Assembly: GCF_000400465.1 (NCBI RefSeq)
Contig: NW_008806277.1
Location: forward strand, 300,001 to 332,000
Direction of reading: 5' to 3'
Origin: Wallemia ichthyophaga EXF-994
Lineage: Eukaryota; Fungi; Basidiomycota
Length of the DNA: 32,000 bases
This document shows positions 11,241 through 22,096 of this stretch, in pieces; within the stretch, counting starts at the first letter, position 1, and every line of letters begins with the position of its first letter. The notes under the pieces were generated by a model. The model worked only from the letters and a program-made list of their open reading frames with translations, ran no database searches and was not told the DNA's origin. The position numbers and the translations under genes are program-made.

Positions 11241-11264
11241 CAATTACTCAATTACTCAATTACT
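11241..11264. repeat. Tandem repeat (CAATTACT)x3
   Basis: Three perfect 8-nt units; a further CAATTACTC occurs at 11730-11738. Confidence 0.9.
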
Positions 11265-12583
11265 TTGATTTCAGCGCTTGTGCATGTATAATGTACACAA
11301 CAATGCTTTATCTCTCACTGTCATCTTTCTATGGCGTGCTCAGCACAGAAGCTCTTCGATCTTTGGGCCGAAGATGTCACGCTCAAGAACGAGTGCGTCA
11401 TTCTACCTCGAGGACGTCAAAGTGTGTAGTGATGAATCTTTCGGTAGATAATAGCTAGCTAACAGTTATGTCGATATGCTCGCAATTATTAGTCTTTTAC
11501 AGCGCGCTATATCGTTTAAATAGTTTTGGTCTGTTGCAGAAAGAATAATTTGATATTTCTTAGGTTACTTTCATACTATTCTGATTTCTGCGATTCTTAG
11601 CGCAGCTTTATCAACATCTAAACCCCATTAATTGAATTCTCGTAATTCACTGGTCACAACTCAAACCCCTGATTTCACAGTTGGGCTGACCCCTACTTTT
11701 CTTTGCATGAATTGTCTTCAATAGTGTTTCAATTACTCGTAATGACAACAATTTTTCCCTGGAGCCAGCATCGAGTCCTGTGGACGCCAAGTGTCGGAAA
11801 ACGTAAATCGCGTCTCGAAGCGTGGATACTTGAGATATCTGGGTGCTTGTGGTCTCTATAAGTCAGCATTACTTACTTCTATCATTGAAGCGTGTCAAAT
11901 CATCCGCTTCTATCCTAAAACGTGCTCTCTCTAAAGTAATGTCGATTGCAACTTCCGAACACCTACAAGGCGCAATTGGAAGCTCAGGGATGTAGTTATG
12001 TCAAAATATTGTTGAGCTCATTTAGGGCTAATTATCAACCTTTTTTATTTGGACATCATCAAAACTCGTAAATCAGCCATCTGAGATGGAGATAGGTGGG
12101 AGCGGAGAAATTCAACTCTGTGGATATTGGGCGGAGAGTTGAGATGGGAATATGACTAGAATGATAAAGATGCTATGAAATGTATGATGTCGTTACATTG
12201 TTCAAATTGTCACTATATGGTATCCCTGCGTTCGTCTTCTCACTTACTTGGTTATTTGCAGGGTTCCTTGAGCAGATTTAATTCAAAAAAATGATTCATG
12301 CTACTGCAAGCACTTATTAGTCTTCAAAGAAGTATTCAAATCATCCTGTCTTTTCACAATCACATCTTGAAGTCATCAGATGCAGAGACGAGTTCCGGAT
12401 CGAGCGTTTTGGAGGTGCAACCGGGTTAATGAATTTGTTATCATACCCAAGCACTCAGCAATGTACCAAAACTACTTAAAAGTTGCTACTATATATTAAA
12501 TATTATATACAAATACAGTCAAAACGTTTATAAACAAGAAACAACTTCAATCAAGCATTGTGCAATAAGTCAAGCAATTTCTG

Positions 12584-15500
12584 CTAAGTACGTGGCTTTT
12601 TCGGAGGCTTCGCATCACCAGAATCACCACTGCCATCAATACCACTATCAGGTAAAAGGCCCTTCAGGCTGTCCTTCCACTTGTCGGCGCCTTGTTGAAA
12701 AGACTGCAAGTTGGTAGATCTAAAGTGACTAGCGGCCTTGTCGAGAATTTCAACATCTGGATCTGTCTTGTACCTCTTCATGCTGTTGCCACTGGCTTCC
12801 ACCTCAGCTTTCACTTCTTTACTGGCTGGTGCTGGTGGTACTGCTGGACGTGGTGGATTGAATGGCTTAATGTCTGAGTGCACCTTTCTTCTTGTTGTTG
12901 CAGTTCTATTGCTGCCGCCAGCACCACCACTAGCAATACTACCACCACTACCAGTTTTGAATGGATTATTTAATGTCTCGTGGGAAAGTTGTTGGACCAA
13001 ATTATTCGACTTGGGCGCCCTGAATCTCTGGTAAGAATTGTTGTATCCCTTTCCTCTTCCATACCTCGATCTATAATCATATCTGTCGTAGCCATCAGGA
13101 TCATATTCATGATAGCCGTTGTAGTCATTTCCTTCACCATCAATATTCCTCAGCCTTTCATTCTGCTTCATCTGCTGCTCCCTCAATTTGTCGACTTTGA
13201 ATGCTTCCTCAAATTCATTTATAGCAGCTTTGAGATCCTCCTTGTTTGGATAATCGAGGTTGAGTATGGAGAGCAATTGACTGCGCAGCTTATCATCAAT
13301 TAGCATAATATCATCTTGATAGCACTGTAAAGTTGGTATGTGAGCGTAGATAACATGAAAATAAACAATCAAACCCACTTCAAGATTTCTGGCAAACTTA
13401 AGGAAATCTGAGAGGCATCTATCTTTCATTGATCCTGCTACCAATCTAGAACGAGCGTGCGAAATGTTCAGCACGGCCTGTGCACGAGTCATTCCAACAT
13501 AGAGCAGTCGTCTCTCTTCTCTAACTTGATCTTCCGTGTCTGCTTTAAAGAAGGGTATTACGCCTGATTCTACAGCTGGCATAAATACCACAGGCCACTC
13601 CAAACCTTTTGCGCTGTGGATTGTTGATATTGTCACTTTTCCCTTTAAATTACATTAGAATACGCCATCTGAAATTCCGCCACACTCACCAAAGCCTCAT
13701 CAACATCCGCCTCAGTGTTGAAACTGACATCTAAAGAAGAGACCTCCAAAAATTTACCCAGTCTAGCAAAGTTTTGATCCTTGACTGAATCAAACTCTTC
13801 ATCTGGTTTGAATAGTGTGCCTTGATTGAAGTCATCATCAATGGTGGCAGCGAACGACAAAAGTTCCTTGAGGTTCTCCACTCTCGAGTTTACTTCTCTC
13901 TCACTCGAACAGGACACCTTCAAGTAACTTTCGTACTCAATATCAGCTATCAACTTCTCTACTATACTTTTGAGTGGTTTACCATTGCGTAGTGCTTGAC
14001 GGCTTTCATCTAGTGGATAAACGAACGCATCAAGCTTTTTCCAAGATGCCTTCCAGCCTTTGACTTTTTCCTCATTTATTAAACCGTCGAGAAGCATTGT
14101 GAATGGCGGCAATATTGCCTTTGATGATATATCTACTATGTCTTCAACACTCTTTGGACCCATTCCACGCTTTGGTACGTTGATCGATCTTTTTAGAGCT
14201 GGGGTATGACTTGGGTTTATCAGCAACGTCAGATAGGACATTATGTCTTTGATTTCAGAACGGTCAAAGAATTTTGTACCTGCAAGAACTCTGACCGGGA
14301 TGCGCATTTTGTTTAGTTGTGATTCTATCGTACGAGATAAGGCATTGAAGCGTACTTTTGCTAGTTAGTGATGGTATAAAGCATTTCCTTATCTACTCAC
14401 GCAGGATTACGAAGTCTTCATATCTCAGCTTGTTTCCTGAGTATGCAATTTGTCTCTTGATCTCTTTGGCAATCCAGTACGCTTCACTGTCTCCATCAAA
14501 GAACTCCTTGAGCGTCACCGGGGATCCTTCTGGATGATCAGTTTTAAGTTCCTTCTCTGGTCTTGTCTTATCTGTTATCATGTTAAAAAAAGTAATAACT
14601 CACGTATACTTCTTACCTTGAGACATTACAGACATTGCAGCCTTGACAATAGCACCAGAAGATCTGTAAGTCTGTTCCAAGTAAATTTCGGATGTGTTTT
14701 GGAAATCTTAAGTGGTGTTATGGTTGAGTGTATTAGTGGCTTGCAGCGATACTCACCTTTCTTCATTTTCTGCAAATTGCCAATCTCTGCAGCTCTCCAC
14801 CCATAGACTGGTTATGATGTTAGAGGAGGCGTGACGCATGGAATACAAACGCACTACTCTGATCTGGATCACCAACGATACTGACATAGTCATTGCGAGA
14901 CATCAACCTCATCAAATCGTATTGTACTGTGTTGGTGTCCTTTTTTTTTGATATGAGCGAAAACAAGACAGCTCATCAACAACGCACTTGAAATTCATCA
15001 ACGAGCATGACACGTATGTTGCTTTTGGCGTTAGGGACTTGCTCGAAAACGCGACAACCTTCAATCAAGAGATCATCAAAGTCGAGACAATTGAATTTAT
15101 CGAGCTTCTTCTGATATTCCTCGTAAACCTGAGCGAAATGAGTTAGCGGGTGGTGTTAGAAAAAGGTAAAGACGCACATAAGCAACTTGTTTGAGCTGCT
15201 TTTTCTCAAACTTATCAGTTGTTGCTTCGGCTATATCCTCTAGGTCATCTGGACCGATACGCTTAGCTTTATACCAAGATATTTTGTTGCGGGAGTAGTC
15301 AGCGAGACCTTTGAGCCCACTATCCTCTTTACAAACTTGAGCAACGACATCCTTGCTGTGTTTGTGAGAGACTGAAAACGTTTCAGACAAAATCAAGACG
15401 CACGAATCACTTGCATCGATGATGGACCAATCTTTGGTCATTGGAGGGTCGAGAAACTTGCCATAGATCTTTATATACCTGATGCAGACAGAGTGAAATG

Positions 15501-15939
15501 TTCCTTTGTATTTGTGAGCGGTGTAATAGCTGCATATGATCCAAACAAACCCATTATCAGGCCTTCTACTTTCTTTGGATCGATGAGCTTCTTCAGGCGC
15601 TCTTTCATTTCCTTTGCCGCTTTGTTTGTGAAAGTGACTGCAACGATGTTGCTAGGAAGGATATTGTGCTCGAGGATCATGTGCGCGACTATCGCCTGTT
15701 AGCTGGTATAATTTTAGCTGAATCCCACCTACTCCTCGTCGTCAGCACGCGAGTTTTACCTGAACCGGGTCCTGCAAGGATCTGGAGTGATGAATACGGC
15801 TCGTGAAGCACGGCTGGTGAAGTATTTAATGTAGAATTAAGATATAAATCTCATTCACACCTTGGCATTGTGCTGCATTTAATCCATTCAAGTAGTTTGG
15901 CTTTGTGTCCTTAACATCCTTTGTATCGCCGCCACCCAT
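12584..15939 (-). CDS. SRS2: UvrD/PcrA-family (SF1A) ATP-dependent DNA helicase, Srs2-like; multi-exon
   Basis: Q-motif LNAAQCQ, Walker A LAGPGSGKTRVLT, Ia VAVTFTNKAAKEMKERL, II LVDEFQ|DTN, III IVGDPDQSIYGW, GTKFFDRSEIKD, V STIHSAKGLEWPVVF, VI EERRLLYVGMTRAQ. Orthology to Srs2 is inferred from family membership. Confidence 0.85.
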
Positions 15940-15995
15940 GGATGATAAGAGGTAAGAAGGAAGAAACAGCAAATAAATTATGCATTAATATAATT

Positions 15996-18019
15996 CTAAT
16001 CAAGTTTATCAAGTTTCTCTAACAGAACCCCATTCCCTTTAGCTTCAGAATGTTTGATTTCATCGCGTTGAGGACCATCAAACTCATTCACTATTTCCTC
16101 TTTAATACTATCCAATCCGTTAGCAACAACAGCCTCAACAAGTTCAGCGATAATGAATGTACCCGATGACTTGGCCAGCTTCACTGCGTGCGATTGAATA
16201 GCCTTCCACAACTTCTCAGCCGATTGCTTGGACAGTTCCGGATCAGTTACCACGACTTTCTTTTCATTCTTGTCGAATTTTCCACCTTGTAATAGAGTCT
16301 TGTAAACTCTAGAAGCAGGGGTGAAATCCAAGACGTCGTTGCTGGTTTCAATCAACCCAGCTAATGCATCCAATGCTCTACTTTTATCTAGTCAATGTGA
16401 TTAGCTGCAGTGTAAGCAATATCACTACACTCACCTCCTATAGTGTAGAGCATTATGTCAGTCAAGATCAAACTACCACCAGCATCCATGATCAACTTTC
16501 TTGGCAACTCCTCAACGACCTTCAATAGATCACCACTCGATGCTTTGATAATTTCACCTCTTCTAGTGTTGAAATCCTTCTTGGAAGTCTTCTTCAACGC
16601 TTCATCTGTCTCTGCAATTGTGGCGATGAATGCCGGTGTGAAATGTTTCGTTGATCTTGGTGTGGTGAGGTAATGTAATGATCTCCTGCCATTTTTATCG
16701 AATGCAATTTCTTCAGCAGCTTTCGTTATTGGAGAAATAATAGACTGGCTCAATGCTTTGGTATCGTCTACAGCATCTAATGCGGTGAAGAGCACAAATT
16801 GAGCTTGATCATCCGTAGCCATCTTTCCTATGTGTGGTCTCATGATTCTAAGTATCATTTTACGTTCTTTTGCTGATGTTGTTGCAATAAACTCTCTAAC
16901 AGCTCTCGATCCATCTCTTGTGTGTACTATTTCTGGAAGGACTTCATTGCAATCTTCCAGCAAAGACTTGCGCTTCTTGTCGGCTTCAACTTGGTCGTAA
17001 ACCAGGTCTAATGCACTCATGTATTCCCATAGTGCTCTATGAACGATGGAATGAGACACTGCACCTTTGTCTGAGTGCTCGAAAATGGATTGCAGAGTGT
17101 TGCGCACGTTATCCATCATCATTTCACGCTTAGATTGGTTTTGTTCTGTGAGAAGATCCTTAAGAACTTTACCTTTCTTGCTTTCGTCATCGTTGAAGAG
17201 TGAGAACTCTTTGCCGTAGAAATCACGAACGAGAGCTTGACGATCTACTGCATTAGCGTAGAGAGCGAAAGCATCCTCAATCACGCCAGATGCGTACTTG
17301 TGGAGTAATAGCTTGGGGACGTTACCGTGGAAGGAAGCAAGAATCTTTGGTCTGAATGTAGGGCAGTATCTGATGAGCTTAGTGAGAAGGAAATTAGCGT
17401 ATTTGTCTTGTGCTAGCTTTAAGTAGCTTCCTTCTAGTTCATGTGCTACCAATTCCCTCTCCTTGCGACCACCGTGCTTTACGATAGACTGGATAATGCG
17501 GCTAGCGTCGTGTTTAAAGATGACATCCTTTACATGACCAGTAACCACATCAACCAGAGAATCAAGGTGCTTCTTGCGCTCTTCTTTTGTTAAATTCTTG
17601 CTCTGCCTGACCATTTCCCAATGAACTTTAGCCTGTGCGACGATTTCTGAGTGTGGCTTGTGCGCTTTTCTCATTGCAGCCTTCTCCTTTGACTCTGCGT
17701 GCATTTTTTTATTGCCTGAGAATGGCTGTGAGAGGATTAGTGGTGTGTACAGGTTCTACTCACTGGCAGCCTTGTCAGCGTCTGGTAAAGGCTCTTCACG
17801 GTCCATTTCTTCATCCTCCTCTCCTTCAGACGCAGCTGGAACTTCCTCATATCCATCCTCTTCCTCCTCCTCGTCTTGGTCGTCGCTGTCGTCCTTGACT
17901 GGAGCTGAGCCTGTAATTGGCGCCTTCCTTTTAGCAGGAGCTTCTTCAGCCTTGTTAAAGCTTGGTTTACTGCGCTTGTTTTTGTTTTCGCTGCGCTCGT
18001 TCGCTGCTCGCTTCACCAT
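15996..18019 (-). CDS. PUF6: Pumilio-repeat nucleolar protein Puf6/PUM3; 2 introns
   Basis: Basic/acidic N-terminus, then VIFKHDASRIIQSIVKHG, LAQDKYANFLLTKLIRY and EIVHTRDGSRAV Puf6-type repeats, and CPL-domain-like TDDQAQFVLFTALDAVDDTK. Confidence 0.92.
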
Positions 18020-18186
18020 TTAGTTGAGTGTGTTTTGTGATAAGAGAGGTGCACACGGTGAAGTGAATTCATCATACAAATTTTATCTTAACGGGATTAT
18101 TTTGTGGGTTGTGTGGGGGGGGAGCTAGCTATACTCAACAAGTTCTAATTACGCTTGCTCTGGGTCAATATGATTTTAAGTCTATC

Positions 18187-18196
18187 AAAATTTTCA
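18187..18196 (-). promoter_or_regulatory. RRPE-like element TGAAAATTTT upstream of PUF6
   Basis: Exact match to the yeast ribosome-biogenesis RRPE consensus, about 170 nt upstream of the PUF6 ATG. Function in a basidiomycete is not established and it may be a generic AT tract. Confidence 0.3.
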
Positions 18197-18356
18197 TCAA
18201 AGACTTTACTGAGATTTGAAGATGGTTTAACAATCGCTTAGACTCAATAAATGGAGTCAGTACAATTTTCAGGCAAAACCGTTAAAATAATGAGGGAATC
18301 AACCGAGACATATATTAATCAGTACATTAAAGTTCACGGGGAATACAAGTAACACC

Positions 18357-18764
18357 TTAGATAAGTGGGATTGGGGTGCAGTTGATACCAACGAGACCAT
18401 CATCCTCTACATCCTCACAACAGGTTGGAGTGTTCTTGCACTCATCTACGGGATGTCAATTGTGATATAAAACAAACGCGTTTACTCACCTTCGATAGCA
18501 ACACCGATTAACAATGGGATCTGAGTACATTGAATGGCAACTTGGTCGAGGATATCGCCAGTGTGGAGGAGGCCAGATTCTTCACCGGTTGACTTTTGAA
18601 CCTTCTTGTTAGTGTCGCCTTGGCAGGGTGAGTTGGTGGAAAGCTATAGATTTCTTATACGTACAACATGAGAGCTTGCCGGTGTTACATGAGCCAGTCT
18701 TTGAAGTCCAGCCAGCGGAGGCGGTGGCAGCGAGGGCGGTAGCGAAGATGGTTTGAGCGATCAT
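18357..18764 (-). CDS. Class I hydrophobin (105 aa); exons 18764-18665, 18618-18490, 18445-18357
   Basis: Spliced product MIAQTIFATALAATASAGWTSKTGSCNTGKLSCCDTNKKVQKSTGEESGLLHTGDILDQVAIQCTQIPLLIGVAIEDECKNTPTCCEDVEDDGLVGINCTPIPLI: signal peptide and 8 Cys spaced C-X6-CC-X29-C-X14-C-X5-CC-X12-C. Introns of 46 and 44 nt. Missed by the ORF track. Confidence 0.96.
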
Positions 18765-18816
18765 TGTGAAAACTGGAGAAGAAGAGTTGTAAGGAGCATA
18801 GGAGAAAGAGGGGGAG

Positions 18817-18824
18817 TATTTATA
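18817..18824 (-). promoter_or_regulatory. TATA box of the hydrophobin gene
   Basis: TATAAATA on the minus strand about 53 nt upstream of the ATG, followed by a pyrimidine-rich leader. Confidence 0.65.
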
Positions 18825-19052
18825 GTATAAATTTAGTCTGCATTCCAAGTTTAGTGGGGTTTTGAATGAAAATATTCAAATATTCAAAACATTCCAAATT
18901 GGCAGAGGAATGAATGGGGAGAGATACACAAACATATGAGATACACGAAATTATACAGATAAAGATACGCGCAGGTATACAGATTGGTATGAATGAAATA
19001 TAATGTGCAAACACGCTCACACTCCCCTTACACCGCAACTAATAACGTCAGA

Positions 19053-19533
19053 ATGTCACTCGTGGTTTTGAGAGCAGGCAGAGGATTTAGAGTGGGAGAA
19101 TCGCAGAGAGTTGAATTTATGCCAGATAAGGGACAGATAGAGGTGGATGTACAAGACGGTTTAGCTAGATTCTGTAGGTGGTGGTGTATTAAATGATATA
19201 AAGGGCTAGACTGACGCGATATACCAAGGCTGGAGAACACGCGCTACTGCGAGCTTAGAAGAGGAGCTGATGCTTTTCCCGCACGACAGCAAACTCGAGC
19301 GTGTCCACGAGGAGCCAACAGGAAGAACATTCAAGCTGACGTTTGAATCGAGCCAGGCGGTGCATTTCTTCTACCTCCAGAGTGAGCGCAGTGATGTGTA
19401 CAAGGATAAGCTGGTAGACACGGTGAACGCCATCATCAATGACCCAGAAAACGCTGCTAGTCTCCCAAAGCTGCCGACGGAAGCGTCAATCAGGGAGAAC
19501 AGCGCACAGCCCCAATCCATGGAGACCGATTGA
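19053..19533 (+). CDS. RPN13: Proteasome ubiquitin receptor Rpn13/ADRM1, Pru domain only (141 aa); intron 19174-19228
   Basis: MSLVVLRAGRGFR...PDKGQI...DGLARF|CWRTR...LMLFPHD...TGRTFKLTFESSQAVHFFYLQ matches the Pru-domain pattern (KAG..., PDxRKG, IHFCW, LIIFP, GRVFVLKF, RLFFWMQ). Confidence 0.85.
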
Positions 19534-19582
19534 ATTGTAAAGGAAATGAATTTGAATTGATTGTTCGCTTGTAGCCTCCATC

Positions 19583-20466
19583 ATGTCGCTCATACGCTCT
19601 GGACAAACGCTCGACGAGTTCCTGTCCAGCTTCTGGACAAGCCACCTCCGCGAAATCGAGAACGAAGACAGCGATTTCAAGAAGCACGACTTGCCGCTGG
19701 CGAGGATAAAGAAGGTGATGAAGTCTGATCCCTGTGAGTTGAGTGGTTTGCTGTTGAAAGTATTTAAACCATTTGAAAGCGGTGAAAGTGAGTTTGTTTG
19801 GTTGGCGTGGATAAGCTGATCCGTTGTGCTGCCAGATGATTTCTGGTGAAGGTGGGGGATGTCGTCCGTGTATTGAGCACACTCTAACGCCCAATCAGCT
19901 CCAATACTCTTCTCCAAGGCTTGTGAGAGTGCGTCGATCAATCTCATCGGCCTTGCTCACTCACGCACCCGCAGTCTTCATCTCAGAGCTCACTTGCAGA
20001 GCGTGGCTTGTCGCCGAATCAAACAAGCGCAGAACTCTCCAGAGATCTGACGTCGCTGGCGCCGTTGAGCTCTCTGATCAGTTCGATTTCCTTATCGACA
20101 TACTACCACGCGGCGAAGAGGCCAACAAGAGGAGTAAAAGTAAGGCTGCAGAGGCGGATGTGGAGCGGGAGCACGAAGAGCAAGAGCAGGAGCAGGATCA
20201 GGAGCAAGAGCGAGACCAAGAACAGGAATATGAGCAAAATCAGCCGCAACACCAGGAACACAATCAAAATGACGTCACTTTGAGCGTGAGTTATCATCTA
20301 TACATGCAAATAAATACTCAGACACAGCATTATATTACACTAACTTCAGTACTCGGACCATTCCAATGATCCAGCTCCTTCTGGCTACTTGCAATACGAT
20401 ACTGATTTCCTACTCGACATGATAGGCAGCTCACCCAACAACGCCCAGCAAACAGAGCAGAGATGA
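19583..20466 (+). CDS. HAP5: CCAAT-binding factor subunit C (Hap5/NF-YC, histone fold); exons 19583-19733, 19780-19787, 19836-19851, 19899-19928, 19975-20285, 20350-20466
   Basis: Spliced product gives [78 protein letters not shown], the canonical NF-YC core. The last exon is less certain. Confidence 0.92.
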
Positions 20467-20509
20467 GTTTGCTTCGCCATTTGCCATCTACTACCTGCCG
20501 CCTGTACAA

Positions 20510-22017
20510 CTAATGTATCTCACGCTCCAAACTCTCGAAATCCTCTTTGTGTATCTCTGCAGCCGACACCCTAACAGCGCTGCGAGGGGGGTTGGTTAGC
20601 CATCTGAGAGTGATACAATCGCTGCGCCACTCACCCTGCCAAGCTACCGCCGACCCAAGCATAGCAAGCCGGATTCCAAGCGGGAGCTTTGTTTGCTTTG
20701 CCACCTTTGCCACCTTTGCCTGCTTTGCCAGTTGGCTGGCTACCACGCGGCATCGGGTCGTTGATGACCTCGAACGACGTACTCAGACTGCTGAGATCAT
20801 TGAGATGAGTGGCTGTGCGTGTTGTGCGTTGCAACAGAGCGCGTGTCTCATCGCCAAGTCGCCGCCTGAAGCCGACTATGGACGCTGTACCCCCGACGAC
20901 TAGACAGCTCGCGCTCAGCTCTCTTCGCAGATCAATCGGTAGCGCTTGCATGCACTTCACCACGCACTCAGGTATGCTTGGCTCGTCTATGTCGCCACGA
21001 CTCTCAAGCAACTCCTCTACCGCCCTCGCTCTCACCCAGCCCGGTATAAATACCACTCCGCGCCCGTGGCTTGTTTGGATCTTGACTGCTATCTGATTAG
21101 CGTTTTTGTTATCATTATCATTAGCATTAGATGGTTTATCCGTCTCGCTATCAATTCCACTTTCATTTTCAGTTCCCGACTCAGCCAAGAGTGCCCGACA
21201 CTTAACATCCTCAATCCAGGCATCAGTGACTGCCTCGTGCGGCACATTGCCTGGTGGGGGCTGGCCGGCAGCGTTAGAGAGCTGGTTGGTGGAAAGGGCA
21301 GGGTAGTAAACACCATGAGCGAGCACGAGGTTACGCAAGTGGTTCGTTAGCCGCTTTCCCGCGAGTGGGGAAGAGACAGTGAGGGGTAGCATAGGTCTAG
21401 CCGCGTACACAGCCGACACGACAGTCTGCAGATAGCCCACATCCACGACCAGACCTGTCGTCCTCCCCGCCGCCATAAGCGCCGCGAGTGTGGCTGGTGT
21501 GAATGACACGGCTGTTACTTGCATGCTAGTGAAGAGTGCACCCATTATAGCCCGCCGCACTGGTGTGCTGAGCAAGTCATTCTCGAGTATTATAACCCGA
21601 CGTTGCTTGGGATCGACTTGAAGGTGGGTGTAGTAGATTTCGCGGAAGGCGTCGAGAAGCCCTAGCTCATTCTGCACCCCATTCAAATCCCAAAGCCCTC
21701 CTTCCACCTCTACCGTTATACTCTCGCGCGGACTGGCTTCCCCGCTGAAACCAACCTTTATCACCCTCGAGCCTGGGTCAATCACTATCTTTGATTCCGT
21801 CCCGTAGACTGAATGGCGGGTTGACTTGTTGCGTATATCCCCCGTCAGCGCGTACTTGGCTGTGGCTTTCACTCACGGTGAGATACGCGGGACTGTGCCC
21901 CATCGGCGTCGCTGGCTGCTTCAATGAAATTGGCGTAGAGAACCCGAACGGCAGCCCTGCACCACTGCCAGTCGATCTGTGTTTCACCGGCGTCAACGGC
22001 GGTCTGGGAGTGCTCAT
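20510..22017 (-). CDS. ARP10: Actin-related protein, Arp10/ACTR10 (dynactin)-like; 2 introns
   Basis: IVIDPGSRVIKVGFSGEASPR, TGLVVDVGYLQTVV, LPIDLRRELSASCLVVGGTASIVGFRRRL, AWVGGSLAG: a divergent actin fold with the basidiomycete Arp10-type N-terminal extension. Exact C-terminus uncertain. Confidence 0.78.
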
Positions 22018-22096
22018 GAGCGTAGATGGAAGACAAGTAGAAATGAAAATAAAGAAATGAAAATATAGATTACAATCGTTAGCAGCGTAATCAACG

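Noticed and set aside
11984-12062. C/D-box snoRNA-like layout on the minus strand (TTGATGA...CTGA)
   Set aside because: Non-canonical C box, weak terminal stem and no rRNA-complementary guide I could recognise; an Infernal/snoscan run would be needed.
10716-12380. CTGATGA cores (10716 on +, about 12374 on -) as hammerhead ribozymes
   Set aside because: No stem II closing onto GAAA and no stem I/III pairing could be built.
12584-15939. Bacterial PcrA/UvrD horizontal transfer
   Set aside because: The gene has many spliceosomal introns and a eukaryote-type tail, and fungi carry native Srs2/UvrD-family helicases.
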